Source: the human T2T-CHM13v2.0 reference genome, Homo sapiens. From it: 64,000 bases of DNA. Positions 1 through 15,889 of the stretch are shown piece after piece. The notes beneath the pieces were generated by a model that saw only the letters and a program-made list of their open reading frames with translations, was not told the origin of the DNA and made no database searches. Positions within the stretch are counted from its first letter, which is position 1. Every line of letters starts with the position of its first letter. The translations under genes and the position numbers were made by a program. The stretch is from the NCBI RefSeq assembly GCF_009914755.1, contig NC_060929.1; one strand, 5' to 3'.

Positions 1-277
1 CATACAAGTTTTAGGAAAAATCCCCAGACTCAGTTACACAAACATAAACTACCTTACTCATCAAAATAAAACAAAAACAAAAACAACAACAGTGAAAACT
101 CTGAAAAGCATCATTCTGCCAAGATAATCACTTGTTAATTACAGTTCAATATTAAAGTCTTTTGTGAGCTTGCAATGAGTTTAGATTTTCCTTGTGTACA
201 TTTTGAACTGTTAGCCCAATGCATTCACGTACATTTTAAAAAATGTCATTTGTAGGATATCAGATGGGTGAAATCAA

Positions 278-400
278 CTAGATTGCAAACTCCTTCGGGA
301 CAAGGAGAATGTATAATACATTCCTGTAACCCCTGTGAGCATGATGTCTTGCTCATGATTAATATTTAGATGTAGGGTGATGAATGAATCAATAAGTGAA
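278..400 (+). mobile_element. LINE-2 3' end fragment (ancient)
   Basis: ctagattgcaaactcct...gggacaagg ... gatgaatgaat resembles the L2 3' terminus. Confidence 0.5.
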
Positions 401-683
401 TATGTAAAATAAACATTAATCAAAGAAATGAAGCTAGTTCAGATTTGGGGTTGGTTAAAAATAAGAACAAATATGAAAAATTTGATGAATCTGAGTCCTT
501 AAGTTGGTCTTAGAAAGCAGCTTTATGGATGACAGGAGCTAAAAGTACCAGAGTTCTACAGGTTATGAACACCCAGACAATCAAACCCTCTAAAACTCTG
601 GGTTGGAACTAACTCTGCATTTCTTATACGGGTGCCCATGTGTAGCCATTTCCCAAACTGGTGCTCTCAGAACACTTTTTTTC

Positions 684-1332
684 TTTTTCTTTTCTTTTTT
701 TTTAAATTTATTATTATTATACTTTAAGTTTTAGGGTACATGTGCACAATGTGCAGGTTAGTTACATATGTATACATGTGCTGTGCTGGTGCGCTGCACC
801 CACTAACTCATCATCTAGCATTAGGTATATCTCCTAATGCTATCCCTCCCCCCTCCCCCCACCCCACAACAGTCCCCAGAGTGTGATGTTCCCCTTCCTG
901 TGTCCACGTGTCCTCATTGTTCTATTCCCACCTATGAGTGAGAATATGCGGTGTTTGGTTTTTTGTTCTTGTGATAGTTTACTGAGAATGATGATTTCCA
1001 ATTTCATCTCTGTCCCTACAAAGGACGTGAATTCATCATTTTTTATGACTGCATAGTATTCCATGGTGTATATGTGCCACATTTTCTTAATCCAGTCTAT
1101 CATTGTTGGACATTTGGGTTGGTTCCAAGTCTTTGCTATTGTGAATAATGCTGCAATAAACATACGTGTGCATGTGTCTTTATAGCAGCATGATTTATAA
1201 TCCTTTGGGTATATACCCAGTAATGGGATGGCTGGGTCAAATGGTATTTCTAGTTCTAGATCCCTGAGGAATCACCACATTGACTTCCACAAGGGTTGAA
1301 CTAGTTTACAGTCCCACCAACAGTGTAAAAGT
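684..1332 (-). mobile_element. 5'-truncated L1PA3-like LINE-1 (ORF2 C-terminus, 3'UTR, poly-A)
   Basis: ORF 840..1163 matches the ORF2 C-terminus ([19 protein letters not shown]). Poly-T tract present. Exact 15-bp TSD agaacactttttttc at 669-683 and 1333-1347. Confidence 0.95.
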
Positions 1333-2184
1333 AGAACACTTTTTTTCCATGGCATTAACCTGTAAGCAGTTCAGGAAGAGTACTAGGCTTTGGTAAATTT
1401 GAAAACAGTGGGCTAAATGCAAATAAACATCGTTGTACAAGCCCCTTCACTTCTGACTTATAATCTCTAAAATATTAATATATAATGTGAATCTCTGGGA
1501 GGAAATAGAGATATTCTTTTCCCAAACTTACTTGAATATAGAATTGTCCTGTTTGTTATATTTGTTTGTTATAGAATTATTTTGTTTTATGATGCATCCA
1601 CTGATATTTCCTAAACTTATATTTATGTGGAGCATAATTTGAGAAACCTTGGTCTAGAGAATTAAAAAAAGCCAAATTTAGCCATGTGGCAAATTTATCC
1701 ACTTTTGAAATAGCATATCAAATAGATAAATTAATGGATAGTGCAATTAGCATGAAGATAATGAAGGTGATGATGATTATGAATAAAACTTATTGAATGT
1801 TTACTATCTGCTAAGCACATGGTCTTATCTCATTTAACTTTAATGAGTCCCATTAAGATAGTTCAGGATTGAGAGACAATATATCCGAGATTTGATTTAC
1901 TCATAAAAGGGTTGAGCAGATCTGAGGTTAGCTAGATCTTAGTCCATAAGACTATTCTATATGCTTTCCTTTGAATTTTACAATTAGCACCAGGCATAGT
2001 AGAAGTAGTGCTGAGTAATAACCCCATTACTTCTTTTTACTCTTTAGTGTAAGTAGAGGTAGCAAAATTATCAACCACATATTTATTTAGTATATTTAAC
2101 AATTCTTAACAATTTACCATATATGCATACATATGCCATATATACATATGTATATAAGTCTATATAATTGTGTTCATCAATATA

Positions 2185-2496
2185 TTTTTTTTTTTTTGTT
2201 TGTTTGAGATGGAGACGGAGTCTTACTCTGCTGCCCAGGCTGGAGTGCAGTGGCAGCGATCTTGGCTCAGTGCTGCAACCTCTGCCTCCCGAGTTCAAGT
2301 GATTCTTCTGCCTCAGCCTCCCGAGTAGCTGGGATACAGGTGCTCTCCATCACCCCCGGCTGATTTTTGTATTTTTAATAGAGCTGGAGTTTCACCATGT
2401 TAGACAGGCTGATCTTGAACTCCTGACCTCAGGTGATCTGCCCATCTCAGCCTCCCAAAGTGCTGGGATTACAGGCGTGAGCCACTGCGCCCAGCC
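2185..2496 (-). mobile_element. AluS (Sx-like) SINE
   Basis: Poly-T, then gcccaggctggagtgcagtgg ... ctcctgacctcaggtgatctg ... gccactgcgcccagcc. Confidence 0.95.
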
Positions 2497-2499
2497 ACA

Positions 2500-3985
<1,486 letters not shown>

Positions 3986-4000
3986 AAGTACCTGTTTCTT

Positions 4001-4170
4001 TGTATCAGCTTGGGCTGCAAAAATAACACTCCAAAACTTAGTCACTTGAGACAACCACCATTTAAATTAATTAGTTCATAATATTGTGGGTGAGTAATTC
4101 AGGCTAGGCTTAGCTGTACAGTTCTTTTCTCAGCTGGACTCTGTCCTGGGCCTAAGGTCAAATGCAGATC
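4001..4170 (-). mobile_element. MLT1-type ERVL-MaLR LTR fragment
   Basis: tgtatcagc...ccaaaacttagtcacttgagacaaccaccattta...ggctaggcttagctg resembles an antisense MLT1 end. Confidence 0.5.
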
Positions 4171-4300
4171 ACAGTTTCTTTGTCTATACAATGGGGATCA
4201 TAAAAGTACCTCACTCAAAGTGTTTTTGAGAGAATTAAATGAGAAAATTTAGGTCAAGTTTCTGCTACATAATAAGTACCAGGCTCAAAAATGTTAGCTT
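4170..4300 (+). mobile_element. MIR SINE fragment
   Basis: Core motif cagtttctttgtctatacaatggggatcataaaagtacctcac...aattaaatgaga. Confidence 0.7.
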
Positions 4301-4304
4301 CAAT

Positions 4305-5475
4305 ATGGATCAATGACCTAAATCTAAGAGCTAAATCCATAAAATAATGAGAAGACATAGTGGTAAATCTTTATGACCTTAGATTTGGCAATGTATTTTT
4401 AGCTATGCCACCAAAAGCATGAGCAGAAAAACAAAAAAAAGAAAAAAATGGATATATCTGACTGCATCAAAATTAAAATATTGTGTATATCAAAAGACAT
4501 TATAAAGAAGGTAAAAAGAAAACCTACGGAATGGGAAAAGTATTTGCAAATCATATATCTGATCAGGTTTTATTATCTATAATACATTTAAAAAACCTTT
4601 ACAATTCAACAACAAAAAGACAAATAACCCAATTTAAAAATGACCAAAGGACTTACAGATATTTCTCCAAATGAACGCATGAACAAGATGCTCAACATCA
4701 TTAGTCACTAGGAAAATACAAATCAAAATCACAATGAGGTGCTACTGCATACCCACTAGAATGTCTACAATCAAAGAAACAGAAAATAACAAATGTTGGT
4801 GAGGATTTGGAGACATTGGAGCCCTCGTACATTGTGAATAGGAATGTAAGCTGGTTCAACCACTGTGAAAAACAATTTGGTGGTTCCTCAAAAAGTTAAA
4901 CATAGGATTACCATATAATCCAGCAATTTTACTCCTAGAATCATGCCCCAAAAGAATTGCAAACAGGTACTCAGACAAGTACATAGCACACACATCTTCA
5001 CAGTAGCACCATTTACAATAGCCAAAAGGTGGAAAATGCCCAAATGTCCATCAAATAATGGATAAACAAATTATGGAATATTCATACAATAGAATAATAT
5101 TTAACCATAAAAATGAAGAATTAATATATGCTACAATGTAAATGGACCTTGAAAATATCATGTTAAGTGGAAGAAGCCAGACACAGAAGGTTACATATTC
5201 TATGATTCAATTTTTGTGAAATATCCGGAATAAATAAATCCATAGTGACAGAATGCAGATTAATGGTTTCCAGGGGCCTGGAGGAGCAGGGAATGGGGAG
5301 CAACTGCTTAATTGGTATGGTATTTATTTTAAGGTAATGAAAATCTTTTAGAAGTGGATAGAGATGGTGATTGCACAACATTGTAAGTGCACTAAATGCC
5401 ACTGAATTATTTACTTTAAAATAGTTAATATTATGTTATGTAAATTTCACCTAAATTAAAAAATAAAAAATTAAA
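4305..5475 (+). mobile_element. L1MB-like LINE-1 3' fragment
   Basis: Degenerate ORF2 C-terminus (aaatcaaaatcacaatgagg, ccaaatgtccatca) followed by an L1MB-type 3'UTR (attgcacaacattgtaagtgcactaaatgccactgaatt) and an A-rich tail. Confidence 0.85.
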
Positions 5476-6109
5476 AGTAAGAGGAAGAGAGTGGAAAGTG
5501 CTATAGGTAAAACAATATCTTCTATGATTTGACAGTTGTTGAAGCTGGCTAATGGGTATACAAAGGCCCATTATACTAGTTTGCATATTTTGTATATTTT
5601 TAAAACTTTTCATAAAAAATAAATAGAAACAAGAAGAACAAATATATATTAGCAGCAGTTTGATTCTGCACCTAATATAGTTTTTGCCTATATTAATTTA
5701 CCCATTGCAGAACAAATTTTAGTGGTAGATATTTTCTCTATTTTCTATCTTTAACTCAAGCATATTGCCTTTATAGGATTTTGTAAAAAGGGCTAACCAC
5801 ATCCACCCTTCAAGCCATTTCTCTTGCTTTAACCCATCCAAATAATTAAGAAATAAATGTCTCATTCTCAGAAGCTATATTGTGCTATTTTTTTCCCCTT
5901 AAATCTACAGAGATAAGGTTCTGAATCTGGGTTTCCAGGCAGTACTAGACAACTTGAAATATTTGCAACATATGTGTTTCTGTATTCTGTATCTTTTGTG
6001 TGTGGAGGGCGTTCATAGCTTCCATCAAATTCTTGAATGGGCCTGTGATCTTATAAAAACCTAAATACCTCAGCAAACATAAGAAGAATTGTACATGATA
6101 GAGTATCAA

Positions 6110-6475
6110 GATCAGTTGCAAATGACAGCAAACTCAATTTAACATGGATTAACAATTGAGAGACATATTGGCTGAGGTAACGACAGAGAGGTGGTTCAGC
6201 TTCAGGCATGGCTTCTTCTTAGGATTCAAACAATGTCATCAAGACTGGCTCTTGTTCTCTTCTTCTCTCAGCTTTGTGTTCATACCCCTGACTGTCTTTT
6301 CCAGCTTTCTTTATGTGAGTATTAAAGAATCAAATATCCTCTCTTGACTTACAGGTTAAGATAATGCCTACCCACACCACGAGGCTGTGAGTAGGGAAGG
6401 ATGGGTCCTCAAAGGAAACTCTATTACCAAAAGGGAAAAAAAATGGATGCTGTACAGGCAAATATAACAAATAAT
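6110..6475 (-). mobile_element. Old MLT1 (J/K/L-like) LTR
   Basis: cagttgcaaatgacagcaaactcaatttaacatgg ... gcttcaggcatggc pattern. Confidence 0.45.
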
Positions 6476-6909
6476 TACTGAGAATGCTAATAATGAATCT
6501 TCATATGGATAGCAAAGTAAAGTTAGATTCCCTTATGTTTTCACAGAGAGAAAACACATCCAGGTTTTTCCACATTTCTTGACATCTGGGTTTGCCTTGA
6601 TTAGGAAGACTGGATCTAATAGCAAGAAGGTATTTTGAATGGAGAATAAAGTGAAGAGCTGGGCTAGAGCAAGAGCTGGGGAATCAGCCACTAGCGTTAG
6701 CTTTAGTGAAGGGGCCAAGAAGAAGGGCACATCATTCCAACTGAAATTCATGACCTGATCAGCAAAGGGAGAAGAGCAGGGAGTCAATAGGGATAGAGGC
6801 CCAGCAACAGCTCACAGGATGAAAGGCAGGAAAAAGGGAGATCTACACTTAGAAACAGGTGGGGAGAGTCACAGGATATATTCTTTTAGTGGACATGATC
6901 ATCATAATA

Positions 6910-7320
6910 AAAATAATAACCACTTACTAAGCATTTCCTGTGTTCCAGACACTGCCCTTGTGTGTATTATCCTGACTATAAACTCCTATGAGGTGGGCAT
7001 TATTATCCTCATTTAATTTGTGAAAAGGATCATTATGTTTACATTGCTTGCCCAAGGCCATGGTGTCTGATTATCACTAAGCTCATTCCCCTTGCCACTT
7101 CCATTGCAGAATGGCTCCGTGGGACCACAGAATCCACTGCACTGACAGAATGTTGCTTTATAAAACATGAGATATTATAGAACAAGCTAGAATTAAAATT
7201 TTTCTATGTGATGAACACTGTGCTAAGAGCTGCATAAGCATTACATAATTTTATCCCTACAAGAATTCTATCTCCACTGACCAATGAGCAAGCTATGATT
7301 TACCAAAGTCACATAGGGGA
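6910..7320 (-). mobile_element. MIR fragments
   Basis: cacttactaagcatttcctgtgttccagacactg...aactcctatgaggtgggcattattatcctcattt...ttgcccaagg. Confidence 0.65.
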
Positions 7321-7364
7321 TCCGACCTAAGAATGTGTTCTCATTGTCACTCGCTGATTACAGG

Positions 7365-8760
<1,396 letters not shown>

Positions 8761-9329
8761 CACTGAATACTCATTACAGTAAAATTTGGGGGCTATATTT
8801 TATCTTTACATACAACAGATCATTGTACAGTGATCTCACTCCATCAAGCATGCGTGTTATCAGGGTCTGTGGAAAGAAAATGTATAAAATGCTTTTAACT
8901 TGATGAAAAGATGAGAACAGTTCTGGTTTTTATTTTGCCCTGAGCTTTCACTGACTTCTCCTTATTAGATTTCTCCCCTGATGTCAAAAGTTTGATGTTT
9001 TCCTCCTTGTTTATTTCTCTTCTCAGAGATGACTTTGATACTGATATGTGATTTGATTCCATTAGCTGGAGTTTCCCTGGGTTTTTGATTGGTGCTGTGT
9101 CTAAAGTCCTGGGGATAAGCATCAAAGACAACTGCTTTATTTTTACATGCCAGGGAGGAGAAAATCAATCTTCATCCCTTAGGGACAGAACTTCTGGTGT
9201 CAAAAAGTCCTTCCATCCTTCCAGTACCTTCTTCTTATCACTGGCATCCTTTAGCAAGGTAAAGAGGCAATACAGGAGATCATTGTGTGTAATTACTATG
9301 TGATAATATTATTCAAAATAATAATACGT

Positions 9330-10260
9330 TCTTTCAAAAACTAATTGTTGAGTATACCCTATATTCCAGGCTTTTGGAATGCATTAGCAAACAAAACTCT
9401 CAGTTTTAATTCTAGCTTGTAGACATGGATACAAAATAATAATAAAAACATAATAAGTAAAATTTAAAAAATATATAATGCATAGCATTAAGGCCATTTA
9501 GAAAGGGGGAAAGGTAAAGCAAAGTAAAAAAATTGAAAATATGGGATAAGGGCTGGCTGTAGTATTAAATGAGCTGACCATTATAAGCATCAAGAAGGTG
9601 AGAAATGAATAAAGATTTCAGGGGGTGATGAGAGAGTTGCAAGTGTAAAGCTAGAGGAATAACATTCCAGGTAGAAGGACAGCCAGTGCAAAGACCCCGA
9701 GGCAGCCATACGCCCAGCTAGTTTGGGATTTGCAAAGTGGCCAGGGTAGCAGAAGCCAAGAGAGAAGGAGGAGACCAGAAAAAGATGAGGCTGGAGAGAT
9801 AGACTGGAGCTAGATTGCACAGGCTTTGTAGGCCATTGTAAGGACTTTGGTCTTCATTTTGATTAAAATAAGGTTTTGAGCAGACAGGAATATTATTCTA
9901 TTCTTTATTTTTTAAATCATTCTGAGATTAGATTGTAGGATAGCAAAGGTAGAAGCAGGAAAATTTATTATTAGATTATTATAGAAATCCAAGAGATGGT
10001 TCAGATCAGGTGATAGCAATGAATATGGTGAAGAGATCAAGTTTTTCACAATTTCCTGACATATCTGATGTGAAGTGTGCCAAACAGTGTGATTATCAAT
10101 GGAGATGGGAAAGGCTGTGAGTAGAGTACTTTTGGGAGAAAGATCTGGAGTTCCCTAAATGCATTTATGTATTCATTCATCCATTCATTTTCACTCATTC
10201 AATAACTATTTATTAAGTGCCTATTATGTGCCAAGCATTCTGTAACTAGTTTTCACAAAA
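9330..10260 (-). mobile_element. LINE-2 fragments
   Basis: aacattccaggtagaaggacagccagtgcaaagaccccgaggcag, gtaggccattgtaaggactttgg, cattcattc...tatttattaagtgcctattatgtgcca. Confidence 0.8.
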
Positions 10261-11770
10261 AGTAGTGAATGCAGATAAGGAAACAGAGGCTCAGAGAGTT
10301 TAAGCTGTTTAGCAAAGATCATTCTGCTAGTAATCAGCAGCATTGTATTTCCAACGTGAGTCTTTTGTATTTTTACCTCACTCACTTGCCTACAGCCTAT
10401 CACATGTGCCTTGAATGCATGACAGAACCAGAGAAAAATGAGAAAACGATACTACTTTATTTATATGTTGTTAAATACAGGTAATGCTTTATTGCAAATT
10501 TAAAAACTTTTCTCTCATGTCCTAATCTTTCTGTAAGATACTGGTAACCCTTCCTTTCCCCATTATTTTTAAGGCCCTTAAAATATCCCATTGATAACTC
10601 TAGGTATAAATGACTATATGTTCTGCTATTTGGAAGATATATCAGAAAGACAATCATCAAAGCCTCCAAATATGTAGGTATTTTTGCAACAATTAAAATT
10701 TTATGAAATATAACATCAATCATTTATTCATCAAGGATATAAAACAGCAGTGAGAACCCAAGGTATGCAAAGAGTCAAGGTTTTCCATGATAAAAAAAAA
10801 AGATTAAACAAAAGACAATTTTTTCTTAAGTTTCAATACTAGAAATTCTATCCCTTTCGATACAAACCAGAAGATCAAAGGTGATAATCTTTCTTCTGAG
10901 AGCACCTTTCACAGTTGAGTTAGAAGCTCCCCCAGCCCTCAGGCCCTCCCACTCTTTCCTGACTCTCAGAAGGGAATGTGGCACCCCTAATGCTTTCCCC
11001 TGTGCCTCTATGTCCTGGTTTAGGGCTTCATTAATGCTCCTTTTAGTTTTGATTGCCGCTCATGGAGCTGGAAACAACTCACAAGTTGGAAAGAAAAAAA
11101 TCTCCCTCCACCTTTATATTTTCCCCTTTTAATTTTCAATTTTAGGTAGCTATTTAATAGCTTATTTTTCTTGGACATAGCCTGCAGTTGGGATTTTGAG
11201 GCTGTTCTGGGCTTTTTAATGTTTCCATAAAGATGTCCTATTTGCGGTGTGCATAGTTCGTAGAATTTATTTTCTATTACATGTGAAAAAACTAGCACTC
11301 CCTTCATCCATCCATGATGGTACATTTGTTCCCCTATGTGCAATTTTGAATTTAATACAAAGAATAGAGCACACAGCTGTGAGAAACAAAGACGTGCTTA
11401 CAGCACGATCTCACTTTTCCCCTCATAGACAATGCCACCTGAAGAGGAAACAGGAGGCATGGAATGGGAGGTGAGGGAGGATGAGTCACTAATATGAGAC
11501 AACAGAACTCATGGACACTCAGGGATGCATAGGAAAATAACAGCTGTATTCATTATGTGTTGGGATAACCCAGAGTTATAAATAAGATCTGGAAATTATT
11601 AAAAAATGGCAGGTTTGGCTAAATCATAACTGTACTTTTCTTACTCTGCAAGATAGATGCAGAAGCAGATAGAGTCTTGACACATGGATTTCTTTCATGA
11701 ACAGAGGAGCAGTTCTTTTGCAACAACAAGGGCATTATCTATCTTCCCACTGATTCCCAAATGACAGTTG

Positions 11771-12472
11771 TGTAACTGCCCAAGGGCTTCTTCCTGCCTG
11801 CTGCACAAATACCATGGCATTGCAGTAAAGAAAGAGTTTAATAGATCCCATGCCAGCCACACCACATGGGAGACAAAGTTAGTACTCAAATCATCTCTCC
11901 TCCAAAGTTCATAGGTTTGGGGTTTTTCAAAGGCAGTTTGGGGGAAGCAATGGAGGTAGCCAGGTAATAGGTGCTTGTTGATGATTGGTTGGGGCACAGA
12001 TTAAATCATGGGAGTTGAAGCTGTCCTGCTGTGTGCTAAATTGCTTCTGGGTAGGGCCATAGGAACATGGTGGGTGGGTCCAGGTGGAGCCATGAGTGTC
12101 AGACATACAGAAATCCTGAAAAGATATCTCAAAAGACAAATCTATAATAGTGGTTTTATCTGCAGGAATAACTGGGGAGGTAACATATCTTATAAACTCT
12201 GAAATAACGGTTGAAAATCCTTTATGTCTACTCCTTAGCAGGACTCAGTCTCCTCTCCTCCTCCCAGCCTGCTGGCCTCCCATTAGCCTTAAAAAGTCGT
12301 TGAGTTTGGGAGGAAGGCTTACTATTATTTAAACTATAGCCTAAATGTCTCTTAAAGTCAGCTTGGCCCCAAAAGTCAGGAATAATTAAGGGAAAGTCAA
12401 GATAGGGATGGGTGAGTTCAGCTCTCTGTTATAACTTTTCTCACTGATACAATTTTTGCAAAAGTGGTTATA
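11771..12472 (-). mobile_element. Solo ERV1 LTR, LTR8 family
   Basis: Minus strand begins tataaccacttttgcaaaaattgtatcagtgagaaaagttat, like the LTR8 start TGAAACCGCCTTTGCAAAA, and ends ...gggcagttaca. About 700 bp. Near TSD gttg/tttg. Confidence 0.75.
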
Positions 12473-12761
12473 TTTGGCACTCATTCTTGCTTACTACTGT
12501 GATAGAATGCTTCTGGAAGTTTTTAGTGTCTTAAGTTGGCTTATTTTCATAGTCTGAGAAACCCTAATTATTTTAAACCCTCCACTTTTGAGTAAGTGAT
12601 AAATAGGTGAGAATAAGTCTACAATTTTTATAATCTAAGAAAAAAACTGATTGCTGAAAAACTAACTTACCTAGCAATTTTAAATACTTTAAACTTTTTA
12701 AACTTTTTGTTTTCATGCTAAAAAGTAACACTTTAGCTTCTATCTAATTATTCAAGTAAGT

Positions 12762-13673
12762 TTATTAGTGTTCTATGGCTTCCATAGCCAATTACCATAA
12801 CCTTAGTTCTTTAAAATAACACAAATTTATTATGTTATAGTTCTGAAAGCCAGAATTCCAATGTGGAGCTCACTGGGCTAAAAATCAAGGTATTGACTAC
12901 ATTCCTTTCTGTTGGCTCTAGGGTAGTGTTATTAGTCCATTTTCACACTGCTAATAAAGACATACCCAAGACTGGGTAATTTATAAAGGAAAGAGGTTTA
13001 ATTGACTCACAGTTCAGCATAGCTGGGAGGCCTCAGGAAACTTACAATCATGGCAAAAGGGGAAGCAAACACATCCTTCTTTACATGGCAGCAGAAAGAA
13101 GAACATACCAAGCAAAAGAGAGGAAAGCCCCTTCCTTATAAAACCATCAGGTTTCATGAGAACTCACTCATTATCATGAGAACAGTAGCATGGTGTTAAC
13201 AGTCCCTGTGATTCAATTACCTCCTACCAGGTCCCTCCCATGACACATGGTGGTTAAGGGAACTACAACTCAAGATGAGATTTCGGTGGAAACACAACCA
13301 AGCTGTATCAGGTACAGTCTGTGTTCTTGCTTTTTCCAGGTTTAAGAATCCACTGCATTCCTTTAATCATGACCTCACCCATCTTCAAAGTCAGCAATGG
13401 CCTGCCAAATCTTTCTCACATCCCATCACTCTGACCCTGACTCTTCTGCTTCTCTCTTCCACACTCATGAACTGTTGTGATTACACTGGGCCAAAATGGA
13501 TAATCCAGGAAAATCTTCCTATTTTAAGGTCAGCTGATAAATAACCTTAATCCCATCCTGAACCTGAATTCCCCCTTGCCATGAATATTACATGAATATT
13601 TAACATAATATATTCACAGGTTCTAGGGATTAGGACATGGACATATTTGGAGACCATTATTCTGCTTACCACA
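12762..13673 (-). mobile_element. MLT1D-like MaLR LTR split by a THE1 insertion
   Basis: ctcactgggctaaaaatcaagg ... gataatccaggaaaatcttcc ... ggattaggacatggacatatttgg...ctgcttaccaca. Confidence 0.8.
12927..13310 (-). mobile_element. THE1 (C/D-like) solo LTR
   Basis: attagtccattttcacactgctaataaagacatacccaagactggg ... ccaagctgtatca. 5-bp TSD ggtag/ggtac. Confidence 0.9.
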
Positions 13674-14089
13674 ATAGATTGTTTTGGAGGATTGGTATCA
13701 GATAGCACCGAATTAACCCTGTCATAAGAAACTACATGTGTTTCTACCCTGGAGTCTTGTCCTCTGTTTATAACAGATATAACAGTGCTAGTTTCTGACA
13801 GCACTCTCATTGAGACCAGGTCCATCCTTCTTAACAGAAAGTTCTAAGCATACCTTAGCAACTGACCAAGGTTATTACATGAGATGAACCATTTTGCTAC
13901 TTATGTTCAAAATTGTTTTATTTCCTCTCAGTGAAATCTAATTTCTTAAAATATAAGGCAAGTTGTGTAAAACTGATTTATTGCAGGAATTCTTAATGAT
14001 TTTCTTAAGTCTTGCACATTTGCTCTTACATTTGTTCCAAATTATTTAATATTTTAGGCTTTGTTGCACATGGTATTATTTTAGTTTAA

Positions 14090-15006
14090 TTTTTTTTATT
14101 ATACTTTAAGTTCTAGGGTACATGTGCACAACGTGCAGGTTTTTTACATATGTATACATGTGCCATGTTGGTGTGCTGCACCCGTTAACTCGTCATTTAC
14201 ATTAGCTATATCTCCTAATGCTATCCCTCCCTGCTCCCCCTACCCCACAACAGGCCCCGGTGTGTGATGTTCCCCTTCCTGTGTCCAGGTGTTCTCATTG
14301 TTCATTTCCCACCTATGAGTGAGAACATGCGGTGTTTGGTTTTTTGTCCTTGTGATAGTTTGCTGAGAATGATGGTTTCCAGCTTCATCCATGTCCCTAC
14401 AAGGGACATGAACTCATCATTTTTTATGGCTGCATAGTATTCCATGGTGTGTATGTGCCACATTTTCTTAATCCAGACTATCATTGTTGGACATTTGGGT
14501 TGGTTCCAAGTCTTTGCTATTGTGAATAGTGCCTCAATAAACATACGTGTGCATGTGTCTTTATAGCAGCATGATTTGTAATCCTTTGGGTATATACCCA
14601 GAAATGGGATGGCTGGGTCAAATGGTATTTCTAGTTCTAGATCCCTGAGGAATCGCCACACTGACTGCCACAATGGTTGAACTAGTTTACACCAACAGTG
14701 TAAAAGTGTTCTTATATCTCCACATCCTCTCCAGCACCTGTTGTTTCCTGACTTTTTAATGATTGCCATTCTAACTGGTGTGAGATGGTATCTCATTGTG
14801 GTTTTGATTCGCATTTCTCTGATGGCCAGTGATGATGAGCGTTTTTTCATGTGTTTTTTGGCTGCATAAATGTCTTCTTTTGAGAAGTGTCTGTTCATAT
14901 CCTTTGCCCACTTGTTGATAGGGTTTTTTGTTTTTTTCTTATAAATTTGTTGGAGTTCTTTGTAGATTCTGGATATTAGCCCTTTGTCAGATGAGTAGAT
15001 TGCAAA
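14090..15006 (-). mobile_element. 5'-truncated L1PA4/5-like LINE-1
   Basis: ORF 14302..14898 is the ORF2 C-terminal domain ([11 protein letters not shown]...CWRGCG...LLHCW). 3'UTR reads cccgttaactcgtcatttacattag. Confidence 0.93.
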
Positions 15007-15301
15007 TTGTTTCTTGCTAATATATAGAAATACATGTCATTTTTGCATATTGACCATGTATCTTCCATCTTTGATAAACTCATTGATTAATTTTAGTTTT
15101 CTTATAGATTCCATTCAGTCTTTTACATACACAATCATCTCCAAACAATCAAACAAACTCAAATTTTTCTTCTTTCTTCCTAATCTGTTCACTTATTTCT
15201 TTGGACAAAACCACCAGTACAGTATTGTATCAAAGTGATTAGAATAGACATTCTTGCCTTGTTCTTGACCTAAGAAGCAAAATATTCAGTATTTTACTGT
15301 T

Positions 15302-15571
15302 TTTTTGTTTGTTTGTTTGTTTGTTTTTGAGATGGAGTCTCACTTTGTCATGCAGGCTAAAGTGCAGTGGTGCAATCTTGGCTCACTGCCAGCTCCGCCT
15401 CCTGGGTTCATGCCATTCTCCTGCCTCAGCCTCCTGAGTAGCTGGGACTACAGGCGCCTGCCACCATGCCCAGCTAATTTTTTGTATTTTTAATAGAGAT
15501 GGGGTTTCACCATGTCAGCCAGGATGGTCTCGATCTCCTGACCTCGTGATCTGCCCGCCTTGGCCTCTCAG
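15302..15571 (-). mobile_element. AluY, 5'-truncated by about 40 bp
   Basis: AluY-type segments, (GTTT)n tail, and a 13-bp TSD gtattttactgtt at 15289-15301 and 15572-15584. Confidence 0.92.
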
Positions 15572-15889
15572 GTATTTTACTGTTATATATCATGCCAGAT
15601 TTCAAGATTATTTTAACTGCCAATTATCAGGCAAGGAAGTTTTCTTTGACTTGTAATTTGCTGAGAGTGTTTATTTTGAATGAATATTGAATTTTGTCAA
15701 ATGTTTTATATATGCATTTATATTATTACATGAATTTTCTCCCTTATGCTTTACTGTGAATTACACGGATTGATTTTTAAATGTCGAAACAAAGTTGCAT
15801 TTATGAGAAAAACATCATTTGATTGTTGTAGATTTGACTTACTGAATTTTTTTAAAAAACTGACCTTTCTTCTTTATTTTCTCACAGCA

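Larger units (their letters stand above)
14005..15860 (-). mobile_element. Old L1M ORF2 fragment hosting an L1PA and an AluY
   Basis: Continuous degenerate antisense ORF2 motifs (tatatagaaatac...ttttgcatattgacc; gacattcttgccttgttcttgacc) on both sides of the younger inserts. Confidence 0.7.

Noticed and set aside
640-1655. Possible old hAT/MER DNA transposon hosting the first L1 (tttcccaaact ... aatttgagaaac ends)
   Set aside because: The terminal similarity is too degenerate to assign without a Dfam search.
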